The notes below the pieces were generated by a model. That model saw only the letters and a program-made list of their open reading frames with translations. It made no database searches and had not been told where the DNA came from. A stretch of 64,000 nucleotides of DNA from Tricharina praecox. Lineage: Eukaryota. Where the stretch lies: assembly GCF_024521635.1 (NCBI RefSeq), contig NW_026250403.1, forward strand, positions 2,356,001-2,420,000. The letters run 5' to 3'. Both the position numbers and the translations under genes were made by a program. Below, piece after piece: positions 50,701-62,659 of the stretch (the first letter of the stretch is position 1; each line of letters starts with the position of its first letter).

Positions 50701-51524
50701 AGAAGTCCCAGGCGCTTGATGAAGCCGCTGTCAAGGTCGAAGCTGCCCGTCAAGCCGAATTTGATCTCGAGAAGGCTATCTCCGACAAACGGCTTGTTGA
50801 GGCTGCCACCGAGCGCCTTCGTGATGAGCATGATAAGCTTCAGGTTTCGGTCGGGACCCTACGGAACGAGACCAAAGACCTCAGTGCACGCAAAGTGAAG
50901 CTTGTCGCAGAGCTGGCTGGTGTTGAGACTACACTGAAGCTTCGACGCGAGGAGATGGACATGATGGAGGTGCGAAGTGCCGCTTTGCAACAACGGATGA
51001 TGGACGGAGTTCTCGAGAGATCGCGGAAACTCCTTGAGACGCAGGCCGCACAGCCGAAGAAAGCCTCGCCGAAGAAGGCCCCCAAACTTAGGTCTCTTGC
51101 GGGTCTCGAGCGTCGACACTTCTCGCAGAGCCATGCCGGAATAGAGAGTCCTACATCTAAAGCTGTCCGCCCCAGCTATAGTGGTGGCATCGGTCTCGGT
51201 CAGAGGGATTATTCCTCGAATGCCGGAGCCTTGGGCAGGAGTCAGAGCGTCAAGACCACGTTCTACTCCACCAGCAGGAAGGCCGACCCTGTGATTGCTC
51301 CGGAGATCTTGGAACCAGCACCGGCAGCGAACGACGACATGGAATTTGACGAGGAATACTACCCTGAGCCCGAGCTCGAGAGCGAAGAAGAAGAGGGGAG
51401 CGTCATACGCAATCCTAGCGAGGACCGCGACGATGACGCTGCTGCTAGAAAGGCGTATCCTGCGCTCAACCTGGATTTTGGCGGTGGCGCCAGGAGCGTC
51501 AGTGGCGTCAGCTCTGTGGTATAG
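44733..51524 (+). CDS. Very large (~2,240 aa) fungal coiled-coil protein of the MIPMWDSSDP..PPPLP family (often annotated as chromosome segregation ATPase-like)
   Basis: Intron 44801-44881 (GTCCGT..GCTGAC..TAG) creates MIPMWDSSDPARNPPPLPL; conserved block LQREMTNLSRRSKDNATDLMALKEA..RDEDIRRSLRDL; probable 5-prime UTR intron 44621-44697. Confidence 0.9.
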
Positions 51525-51967
51525 ACTGCTAAGGAAGAAGAAGCTCCGCAATTGAGCGGTTAGGTTTTTGATGGTTTTGATTGATACCCCATATGCGCTG
51601 GCTTGTTATTAGTGGTGGTTTTGGTCGTATGACAGTGTTTTCTTCTGTTTTCTTTGTTTACTGTTCTTTTACGATGGTGATCCGCTTCTTACGTTTATAA
51701 TGATGCTATGGGATGATTGGTGTGATGGGGGCGGGGGTAACGATAGTGGTGGGAATTGCCAATTGCTTTGGGTTTTGTTTGTACGGCGGGTTCTTTTGTT
51801 TCTCTTGATTCCCTTGACTCTTGTAACCTAATACTTCTTGTACTTCTTTCCTTCTTGTCTATGGATGTAGTTTATGTTCATGCTGTACATGATTGCGACG
51901 GCGATTGGTTTATCGAATACTGTTTGCTTGCTTGCATTACACTTCAACTGTTAGGGATATATTCGCC

Positions 51968-52795
51968 TCAAGTCATACCGCGCAACCCCTTCAGCTGCTC
52001 AATCAGCCCATAATACCCTCCCTCAGTCGTTGTCTCTTTCTTCTCTTCGGCCTTTTTCTCCACCGGCATGGGTGTTGCCTTCTCGACCCTCTTTTCCATC
52101 TCCACCCTAACCCTCTGCTCTAACGCCTCCACCACCGCGGTCCGCGCCGGCCCCTCGACCGTCCCTTCGAACACGCCGGCCAATACTCTCAGAGCCTGTA
52201 CCTTCTCCCTTGCCGCCTCCAAATCCCCCGAAGCAAGAAGAAACACCACCTCGCCCGCTAGATCCTTCCCACCGCTGCCACGCTTCTTCCCCGCTTCCCC
52301 TCCCTCCTCCGCACCATCCCCATCAATCCGCCAATCCATCGCCTCCCCAAAGACTCTCACAACCTCTTCTACGCGCTCCCGCACAGTAGCCAACATCTTG
52401 AGCCTCTCCAACCCACCGGGCTTCTGTCCGGCGCCCTCTACCACCGTCGTAGCATGGCCCTGCAGCTCCTCGCCCAGCGAGGCGACGTCAGAGCGTAGTA
52501 GGTCGATGGAATACGCCAGCCGCGGCGCTAGCCGTAGGATCTCGTCGGTGAGCGCGGTGAGGGTTGTGAGTAACCGCTGGGTCTGGTAGTCGAGCGTGGA
52601 GAGGAGCGTTGTAGTCTGCGAGGAGAGGGTGGATAGCGGCACGGCCGAGGCGGGGCGGTGAGTCGATAGGGTTGTTGGCGGCTGAAGGGGTGGGAGCACG
52701 CCGTTTAGGTATGACGAGACGGAGAAGGTGGAGCCCAGGAAGGGCGGGAGCGAGGGGTCGCTCAGGTGTGCGTTGCTGGGGGCTTGTGAGGTCAT
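51968..52795 (-). CDS. COG7: Conserved oligomeric Golgi complex subunit 7-like (short fungal Cog7)
   Basis: 275 aa; N-terminal F..STFSVSSYLN CATCHR-type motif followed by LLSTLDYQTQRL..EILRLAPRLAYSIDLLRSD..L.MLATVRER, resembling the Cog7 N-terminus. Confidence 0.65.
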   Translation of the reverse strand: MTSQAPSNAHLSDPSLPPFLGSTFSVSSYLNGVLPPLQPPTTLSTHRPASAVPLSTLSSQTTTLLSTLDYQTQRLLTTLTALTDEILRLAPRLAYSIDLLRSDVASLGEELQGHATTVVEGAGQKPGGLERLKMLATVRERVEEVVRVFGEAMDWRIDGDGAEEGGEAGKKRGSGGKDLAGEVVFLLASGDLEAAREKVQALRVLAGVFEGTVEGPARTAVVEALEQRVRVEMEKRVEKATPMPVEKKAEEKKETTTEGGYYGLIEQLKGLRGMT

Positions 52796-53715
52796 TGTTC
52801 ACTGCGGTTGACTCAGAGCTGGGGATGCGACGCGGCGACGGCGGAGACGTGTCATCGATGGCGTTGCGTGAGGCTACTGTCTAGTGTTAGTGTGTAGTGG
52901 GGGATGTTACACAGGGGTCGCCAGGGGATCGTTCTCTTCGGGAAGATGATCCCTGCTAACTTTACCAAAGCTGGTCCCCCGCGCATCACGATAGCTTCGG
53001 TAGTCGATCTTTCTAGACAGCTCTTTTGGAGCTGGAGAAGAGCTTGGAGAATTCGAGTCATATGAATGATGCTTGATGATAACAATAGAAGAAAGGAAAG
53101 GAGGACCACGTGAAGGATTTCGAGGACAAAAAGAAGGTTTTTTTTGAACGCATCCAGCTGAACGAGCGGAAAAGATAGTGCAGCTAGATCGCTTGTGTAC
53201 TCGGCGAATCACAGCACAGTCAAGCAAACAGCTGCGGAGTGATAAAGGAAAGCCATCATCTCTCCTTCGCCTTAGCTGTACGGCTGTGACAGATTCGGCT
53301 GCACGCCACGCAGCGCTGATCGTCTACTGCTATATAGCATCCTCTCCGTCATCCATCGCTAGTTAAGGCAGCAAAGCAACACAATCGCTTCCGCTCTTCG
53401 TGCTCACGCTCACCCTCGCTCCCGCTTTCCCACCACATGACCTAGCTTGAAGGGTTTCGCCCTTTTTTCTTCCCCTTCCATTTCCCTCTCTTCTTCTCTC
53501 CGGCGGTGTGCTTTTTCAAGACGCTCGTTAAGCTGCACTTTCTTGCTATCTGAATCTCGTGCAGTTAGCAGTGGGTCGTGGCGTTTGTGCAACCACAAGT
53601 ACCTCCAACAACAGGCTCCGCGTCTACCGCAACCTTCTTCCACCCTCCTTCCCTCTTCAACACTTTCTTCACACCTTCACGCTTTTAGCGACGGGTAGAA
53701 CGACTCAAGTACACA

Positions 53716-56700
53716 ATGCCCCGTCGACATTTTACAGCGGACCTGCAGCGGCTCTCTGCAAGCGGGGCTCTAGGACCCCACATCACTGGTCAGCTGGTTT
53801 CCGCGCACAATGCACCGGAGATGAGACATGTCTGACAGCCGTGTACTTTAGGCGTCAAGCGGGGCGACGACGATGGAACTTTCCAGTTCATCTTCAATGC
53901 GCACCGACCAGGTGTAGTAGGTGTTGAGATTTGCGGAACCATACCCGGTATACTTGCTTGCTTGCTGGTTTGCGAGGGGCGGCTGTTTGCTGACCACGTT
54001 TTGTATGGCGACACAGAGCTCGCTGATTACCCGTCCTCCCATCAAATGTTCATGTACATCGGCTCACCCGACCCGCCGACATTTGCTTCTGATGCGCTGC
54101 TGGATCTGGACGTCAACTTCCATGACTTGGAGAAGGCGATTGCGAAGATCTCCGAGAAACTGCTGAAATCTCTTGACGCTGCGGACAACGATGGTGGTAA
54201 TCACGAAGATATGGACGACTCAGATGGGCTGGAGGATTCCGACTTTGGGTCTGTCGGCGGGGGTTGGTCGGATGACGAGCTCACAACGGCCCTTGACGGC
54301 CATACACCGATGACCAACCCCGGGTCAATGTCGTCAGAGACAAAATCAAAACGAAGCAAGCTGCTGAAAGAGCTACGGGACGATCTGAGGCAGGCAAAGA
54401 GCGCAGGGTTCAAGGTCGGTGTGTTAGGAGATTATGCTGGTGGCATAAGCTTTTTCGTTTCGATCAGTGTCCGTATCGAAAAGTTGGGCATCTCGGATGA
54501 AGCTTTGATCGCCTGGAAGCTCGACAAGATGCAGTACTTCATCGTCTTGATCCATTATTCCAACTACTACCAAAACACCAACAAACTTGTTGCGGACTCG
54601 GTTATGTATCATGCCAGGCAGAATGTCGATCTGTGCGTCGGCACGTGTGCGAATTACAAGCCGACCCTCCAGGAAGCAATAACTGCGTTTTCAAAGGTCA
54701 CAGCCGGCAAGACACAGTATACTGGAAATCTTGATGGCTCCGACCCCGATTACGATGTTCTTAGAGACAATATTGGACGGGAGGGCGCATTTCAGGGCAT
54801 TTTCATCTCCGGTCCCCTCAACCAGCTCCTCAATACTGCTTTGTTGCCCCTGCTGAAGTGCCGGATGAGATATGCATTTGGATGGGACGGGGCGGAATTG
54901 TACTACAACTGTAAGTCAGCCGGAGCGGTAGCCGACTGGACCCAAAGAAAGAAACTTCCAACTAACATGTAGTAGGTCAGCGAGGAAAAGATACTGACAA
55001 CGCGGATGAGATAGATCAAAAGTTCTACACAGATCAACCGCCAAAGCAGACCCTGGTCCCTTTAGTCATGGCCGATGCACTCTCTGATGCTTCGGCAAGC
55101 TTCACACCGGCGGGATCCACAACGGCGGGCTTCACAACGGCATCCTTCCCATTACTTGCTATGCAGTTCTCTCTGCGGCACCTGGTTCGGTGCACCGAAT
55201 TCTGTTTGGTGTGCCACAACAAGGTGTTAACCGACTTCGAAGCCCTCAAACCATACGTTTGCTCCAGCCCACTGTGTCTCTATCAATACATGTCCCTGGG
55301 ATTTGGTCCTAGCATTGAGTACGAGATCATGTCGCAGCCAACTGTCGTCGACCTCTTGGTGAATTTCTGCTATGCCTCCGCGAGGGGGGGCAAACTGGCG
55401 AATTTCCCCGACGGCATGGACCTAAAGATTTACTCGTCCGCCTCGCCGCAATACTCCGGCGACTTCCACCGGACAAAGAATGAATTTCGTTTCCCTATTA
55501 AAGGCCCCGTGGACCTGCGACCTTTGCTGAAGGATGGGGGTTGGATAGTCATGACCGTCGCCGGCATTGGAGGTGAGGAGTGGCATGCCCGTATCATCGA
55601 AACGTGTTACTGGCCCGTCGTCAAGATTTCACCGCCCATAAACGTGAGGGCCCTCACTGTCAATTCGGGAGATCTTCAGTCCACGGAGACGAGCTCTGAT
55701 GTACCGCCACCATCGTACATTCCCGGTGCAACGGATGTTAGGGATGTGCAGTTCAAGATTTATGACGATGCTTTCGACTCAGTGAATGAACATGAAAAGC
55801 GGAAAGCAATCGTAAATCTGCTAAACACCTTACCATCGGTGTCGGAAATGAAAGCATGGCTGCAGAGGAGCTCCGTTAGTGGCGGTGAAGTGTCTTTGAG
55901 GAAATTCAAGAATAGGCTCTCGCCTTCGGCTATGGGGTTGTTGCGCTGGATCATTGCCAGTAACAGGAGCTGCATTGTTCCTTTAGATGACTCTGATGAA
56001 TCCACTTCCAGCGGCTTTATGCCGGTTCAGGGCATGGGCCCGGAATGGAAACAATTCCGGTTTGCGATGGGTGCCCCCGACAAAGAGCAGAGGTTTGTGA
56101 ATTCAGTCAAGGAGGCTCAGAAACGGATTGGGTCCAAATGTGAGCCCCTCAATCTGGTGCGATTATATTGCTATGCTAATCAGTCGAATAGATCCGTCAC
56201 TATTTGCTTTCCACGGCTCGCCGATTGCGAACTGGCATTCCATCATCCGCGAAGGTCTCAACTTCAAGCAGACGTTGCACGGTAGGGCATTTGGACATGG
56301 TTGCTATCACAGTCTGGATCTCACCACCTCGCTGAATTATTCTATGAATAACATGAATCATGGAAGTGGCATATCAACCGCCCTAAGCGTCGGAACCATG
56401 ACCTGGCCCCAGAGCGAGTTGCAAATCACCAATGCCCTGAGTCTAAACGAGATAGTCAACTCTCCGAACGAGTTCGTCTCGAAAGTAAGTGTTTGATGAT
56501 TCCATTAACGGGCCAGTACTGACTGCCTAGGCCCCTCATTTGGTTGTAGCACAGCTCGACTGGATTCAAACTCGCTATCTATTCGTGCTGGTCCAGAAAC
56601 CCCTCACAAAAGCCGAGACGGTGGTCAATGCCATGCTGCTCCAGAAATCCGGCACAACAATCACTGCCGTGATGTCCGCGAAGTCCACAGCCGAAGAATC

Positions 56701-57709
56701 TAAGAAGCAAAACGTACTGCCTCGGTCCATGATCCATCCACAGGATCCTAATTTTACCCCTCGAAATGGCAACACGGCGCTAGTTATCCCGGCTACTCCT
56801 TCAAGTCGGAGAAGGGAGGTCAGCCCTTCTGATGACGACATTGTAATGGTTGATGCACCTCCACCTCACACTCCCCGTAAGAGGAAAATGAAGCAGGAGA
56901 ATGGCAAAGGCATTTTTCAATTTGTGAACAGGTTGACTGGGGGTTCGAGTGTGGATGATCCTTTGACGGATGACCATTTGGCAGATGACGACAGCGCTTC
57001 TACCGCTACGGATGACGAGGATCTTCGGGTGCTTCTCTCGGATGAAGAAGACTCGGAATTGGAGAAGGGCAAAGGGAAGAAGAAATTTCGGCCCGACGAG
57101 TTCATCCCCGACTCACTCGATACAAGCATGATTGAATTCCTTGCGCCACCGTCATATGCATCTCCCATGGCAAGCAAACGCCTCAACAGCGATATCCGGA
57201 GTTTGATTCGGCTCCAGGAATCAACGCCACTCCACGAACTGGGTTTCTACCTCAACCCCAAATACGTCGAAAACGTATACCAGTGGATCATAGAGATGCA
57301 TTCGTTTCCTGAGAACATCCCGCTAGTTAAGGACATGCGCTCCAAGTCCCCAGTTGTCCGGTCGATCGTCTTTGAGATTCGGTTTGGCCCGCAATATCCC
57401 ATGTCACCCCCCTTCGTCCGGGTCGTCCAACCCCGCTTCAAAGGGTTCCACCAGGGAGGCGGCGGAAACGTCACGCTCGGAGGTGCAATGTGCATGGAGC
57501 TTCTCACAAACACAGGTTGGAGCGCGGTCAGCACCGTCGAGAGCGTGCTGATGCAGGTTCGCATGGCGCTGATGGACGAGGAGCGTCCGGCCCGCCTGGA
57601 GCAGGGTCCTGTTCGCTCCTACAGCGTCTCCGAGGCTGTGGAAGCGTTCAAGCGCGCCTGCCGAGCTCACGGGTGGAAGATGCCGGACGATATCAATATG
57701 TTCAGGTAA
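53716..57709 (+). CDS. Fungal PARP-like ADP-ribosyltransferase / ubiquitin-conjugating E2 (UBE2Q-like) fusion protein, 6 exons
   Basis: Introns 53789-53851, 53948-54016, 54911-54975, 56140-56191, 56485-56530; PARP6/8-like Cys cluster FCLVCH..LKPYVCSSPLC; ART motifs FHGSPIANWHSIIREGL, GRAFGHGCY; UBC motifs YPMSPPFVRVV, GGAMCMELL. Confidence 0.93.
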
Positions 57710-58999
57710 AAGAGGGGCGAGAATCGGGTAGATGGTTTTCGGTGAGCGTATTTCATTTCATTCGTGGCATTTTTCTTTTCCTCTCACAAGACCCTACATA
57801 GCATTTTTGGGGGCGATCTTAGGCGAAATCAAGGGCTTTTTCTTTCTTCTTCTGTATTCTTAACCTGGTGGTTTCTTTGATTTAATTTGTGAGGTAGTTA
57901 AACGGTCGCTCGGAGCTGGGCGCTGAGCGCGTTTGTTTCCTTTAGGGTCATTCAGGATGACATGAGTGAGCGTGGATGAGAAAAACACATGATTCGGAAA
58001 TTTGTAATTGATGGTATTGTTGCTGCTGCCAATGGAAGAAAATGTGCCCGTCAATGTGGATGCAGAGTATTACCCCCTAGTTGGTTGGTTAGTTAGTATC
58101 AAACGGAGGAGGAGGATTTCAATTACGCACCAAAATGGAGATGGAATGATTAGGTGTACGTAGAGCTGGTCTCTCTTCATGTGTGCGGCCGTCACGCAGG
58201 GGCCGATACGATACGATGCCCATGGGGGGTTGGTAACCTCTGGCAGATTTGGTAGATTTGGCGCTGATGCAGATGCAGATGGTGGTTGATGGTGGTTGAC
58301 AAGCAGTCGTGGGTGACCATTGACGGCTCTGCACTATTTATCACTCGCTCAGATTATGTACCTCCTAGGTAGTTAATCGTTCTAAATTCGAGTCATTCAA
58401 AATCGAAACCCGACAAGACCGCTCCACTCCACCCCACTCAGGCAAAAAAAAACACTCGTTTCAATCCACGCTTGGGTATCTCAGAAGTAGACAGGTAAAC
58501 ACATACCAACTGTTTAGAACAATAGGCTGGGTGCATGTGCGAAAAAAGACAAGAGACAAAAGTAACCCCGAAAATCCCATCCAAATCTCTTCACACATCC
58601 TAAGGGAGCATCAAGATGTATACCTACCCTTTACAGCACTGACCTCGACTACAAGGTACGTGGACATGCCGCCGGCGGGTATGTACCTAGACTGTTGTGT
58701 TATCATGAGGAGGCTTCTCGTACATAAGTGGGGTCCTCGCGAAGGAAGAAACCTTCCGGATTAAGAATCACTGCCTAAAAGCTTGAATGGAATTAGCTTT
58801 GACTACATAAGGTATAAGGTATAAGGTACGGAAGACACCAGCAGTCAGTCACTTACCGGTTTGCCAGGGCGCGGAACGAAGGACGTACGTATATCGAGCT
58901 CGACGGCGATGCGGTGGAATGTGATCAAAACTTCCTATGTAGATAGTGTATTGCTGTCGTCAGTCCAGGAACTTTGAAGGTTGGGCCAGGCTTTGGATT

Positions 59000-60852
59000 T
59001 AGCTTTATACTTTTGCGTGACGCCGAACCGCATGGCTGGGGACACTAAACGTCGTCTGGTACTCTACATTGTGGCCGTATATGGCTCCTCCGCACACTTG
59101 GGCCAGCTCTGGAACTCGACCGCTGGAGTTGGGTTTTGGGAAGAAATTTCACCACCTTCTGGTCAGAAGCACACTCCTTGTTGTTCAGAAGCCAATTAAA
59201 CTGGGCTGGTGATGGTTCAAGCTCTTTGCCTGCTTGTTCCTGTAACTAGCATCAGCTTTGATGTTAATAAGATTAAGAACGACAAACAAACTTCGACGGA
59301 AAGACTCATCTTTGGTAGACGTTCGTAATTGTGGATGATGTATTGTAGAAAGCAAAGACACGTGCCGTCGGACAAGTGCCCCTTCATCTCCGTGTTGATC
59401 ACAACAGGAGCCTTCTTGAACAGCAGCTTTTTAAGATGCGAGCAATTGAATCCATGGGGCATGGAGTAGTTCGAGATCTCCGGGTAGTCGTACTTTGTAG
59501 CGACTACAATGCCGAAATCTGGCGAGCCGCTCTCGGCCATGGCGGGAAAAATCATAGCCAGTCCAAGTTCAAGCTTGAATCTGAAGCCATAAATTCCTGC
59601 ACAATGCTTTGCTTTAGGGCTATCAGAAATGGTCGAGAACCCCCGGTCAAAGACTCTTCCCCAGCAACTGTAAAACGTCAGAAACAGCTCAGTGGAACGA
59701 CGTTGGAAGAGCATGACTTACAGTGCGAGCACATCCTTGACCCATGGATAAGTCTGATAGAACTCTTGCGAGAGGAAACTCTGGTACAAGTTCCACATTC
59801 TTCCTAGCGCGTTGTCCTTTGTAGGAGTTAGCCGACCGAACTGTAGCGGAAGGAAGGGAAACCACGCACCAGATTTTTGCTCCAGATGTCAGTTGCACAA
59901 AGGGCGAAGATATTTCCACCGGGATGGGCGAGGATTTCCTTATTGCGGATCCCGAAGACCCCAAAAAGCTCATCCCAAACCTCTCCGTACGTATTGAGGC
60001 CCTCTTTACTGACAGGAGGGTACGCAATGTGGTGTCGATCCGTGAAGTACCAGCGTTCAGAAGTCCTGAAAAGGTGCAGCCTCCCACAATCCGACCGAAG
60101 AGCATCGTAAACTAGATCTGCCGGTGTGTAATCCTCTCCTAGGTAGTCGAAAACATTTCCCTATATTTCCATCAGGGGGTTTTTCTCGTAGGACTTAGGA
60201 ATCGATACACACCCCGCAGAAAAGGACGTTCTGCGGAACCACGGGCGACTCGAGCACGTCGCATACCATGTGGAGAAGGTATCTTCCCGTGTCGATCTTG
60301 TAGTTTTCCGCCTCATTGACACCGTACTCCAGAATCCAGATGGCTACTGCAATCTACACTGGAGGAGATGATCACTCTCTGGACTCTGGCATCGTCAGCG
60401 ACTGCTAGGAGCCATGTCAACTGGACCAACCAGTCGTGGTTACGGCCCGGAACCACGCAAATCTGAATGGACTCCAGATACACCTGGAAAGGAGGAGCAG
60501 CAGCCCGAGATTTCGCCTCGTACCCGCCATCGCAGAGTCGACCGTGGAGCTCCCGAGCTTTCAGCGTCCGAAACTTATGCCCACAGCTATCACAAGCCCA
60601 GACTTATTGGTATTAGAAAGCGATTGATCAGGACTTGGTGGACAATGGCTTACAGATTTTCTCATGCTGGTCCAGTTCGGCGAGATTGCCAGTCAGAAGT
60701 CCCAATGACGATGCAACAGGCTCTAGAGGTCCTTCGAGACTAAAAGCAGCACCATAGTTGACAGCAAAGCGCCGGAAAGCCGGAGACTCTGGGCGTTCAG
60801 CCACAGTTCTGCAATCCATATTGTCGGCTGATGTACAGGGAAGAAATGGCAT
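59000..60852 (-). pseudogene. Degenerating multi-exon gene: C2HC zinc finger plus two tandem DUF3431-like domains
   Basis: Five 51-54 nt GT-AG introns (60603-60653, 60161-60212, 59817-59869, 59668-59721, 59240-59291) join exons encoding CDSC..F..H..C, then YLLHMV..VLFCG|GNVFDY, VWDELFG..GGNIFA, then IVVATKY, KGH..FLQYIIHNYERLP; frame breaks near 60313-60395 and 59000-59110. Confidence 0.6.
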
Positions 60853-61501
60853 CAGCGGATAGTTTCCCGAAACGTAGGGTGTATTGCGTACTGATCGGAA
60901 GAGGTTCTTGACTGGGTGCTGGAGCGGTGCCTACGGTGCTGTGTGTGTAGTGATATTTGTCGATTGGGGCGAGTCCGTGATCACTAGGTGAGTAAAGCTA
61001 TGTATGTTGGTCGGGTTTGGTGTGGTGGACGTGGGCTAGTAAAAAGACGACTAAAGCGGAAGATTACGAACTGGTATAGGGAGGTATGAGCGGATGAAGA
61101 CGAGATGGATGGAATGATGATAGGAGACGAATCTGGAGGAGAAGGGGAGGGGATTTATGATAGAAAGCATGGAAGCAGTGCTCTGATGGGCTCTCTTTGG
61201 GCTCCAGGTGCAGTCCTATGATTCTTATTCGGTCGAATGCGGACCGCCGTGCTACCCATATCGGCCTGGCCGCTTCGCACAGCGCGCATTTCACGATGAG
61301 TAATGCCATCGTGGGCTGTCCGACATCGCAAACAGTAGAACGATCACTCTTTGGCCAAAAGCAGAGCAGCATGCAGGTGCTGCACCACTCAAGAGGGAAT
61401 AGGTAAACAAGTGCATTGCGTGCGATAAAGATCCTCCCCTTCTCCCTCCTCCTCCTGCGACCATACAATCATCATCCCCATCTCGTTCTTGCATCTTCTC
61501 A

Positions 61502-61584
61502 ATCTACTTGATATCCAATCCGCACTCGTGAGACAGTCTCTTTTCGATCTACCTGATATCCAATTCGCACTCGTGAGACAGTCA
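61502..61584. repeat. 45-bp-period tandem duplication (..TGATATCCAAT[CT]CGCACTCGTGAGACAGTC..) x2
   Basis: Two near-identical adjacent copies. Confidence 0.85.
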
Positions 61585-61799
61585 TTCTGGACTCTGGAGG
61601 AGCTAAACGGACCGTTCGCTGGCCACTCTACCGTATGTTTCACTTCCTTTCCCACCTGTTGATCTTAGCTTGCCCTCCCTCACGCCCCGCAGCATGCTGC
61701 TGGTAGCTATGCCATAACGTACTAGCGAAGTGACACCTATCAGTTGACACTAGGTACTACAGGCTGCGAACCCCCTCGGAAGCACCAAGAAGGCCGTCA

Positions 61800-62646
61800 A
61801 TGGCTTCTTCACCTCCACCCAATTCTCCTGCCTGGACCCATCGGAGGGTCCCACTTGCACCTCCATCGAGTGCTCCGCCGACTGTTATCCCTAATACTTC
61901 CCTAAACCTATTGAAGACTCCAAGACGGGCAGTAGAGTCACCGTTGGATTGCCCACGAGCGCCGAGAAAGGCCCGAGCAGTAAGTATCCTGAGTGCAAGC
62001 CAAGTAACTATGAACGCGGTTGACCCGATATGCAGCCAAGATACAGTGAGCAAAAGAAATCGCGGATATTTTCACCAACACCTCCTAGTGGTAGTGCTGG
62101 TCTACCTCGCAGAAATTGGTCTTTGTCCGCGATCCAGGGCGTAGCAGCTCCGTCCTCTGAAGATAGTACAGACGGAGTCCTTCGGTCGTCTCTAGGGAAC
62201 ATTGAACAGAGGGGATTTGATAATGGGACATCGTTGAAGATGGACCGGTACTGGGACTTGCTCGGTTTGGGCAATGCCGAAGCATCGGCTTTCCAGGCTG
62301 AGGGATACAGGTCATTCATACCATTCGACATCCCCAGGGCTGGCCGGGCGGTGGGCGGGCTCGCGGTCGATGCGGTAACGTCAAAAATGATAGCGTGAGT
62401 ACATACCTGACTTACCTACATACCTTACTTACCTACATACCTCATATACTCTATGACTCGTATCGAGGATTGACTTTGAAAATCACGAACAGCAGCGTTG
62501 GGCCTCAACCAAAACTTACACAAGCTCGCCCTAACTTTATTACAGCTCGAGGTAATAAAGATGGGATTGTCTCCTTCCTCTTCGCTACCTGTCCCTCAAT
62601 TATTCCACTGTCCCCCAATTATTCCACTGTCCACAACCACGACTGA
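61800..62646 (+). CDS. Putative spliced Pro/Ser-rich hypothetical protein (possibly the disrupted 5-prime part of the next gene)
   Basis: ORFs 61800, 62030 and 62395 join in frame through GTAAGT..CAG (~61980-62035) and GTGAGT..CAG (~62395-62490) introns; no homology recognised. Confidence 0.4.
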
Positions 62647-62659
62647 GCAGGACTAAATT

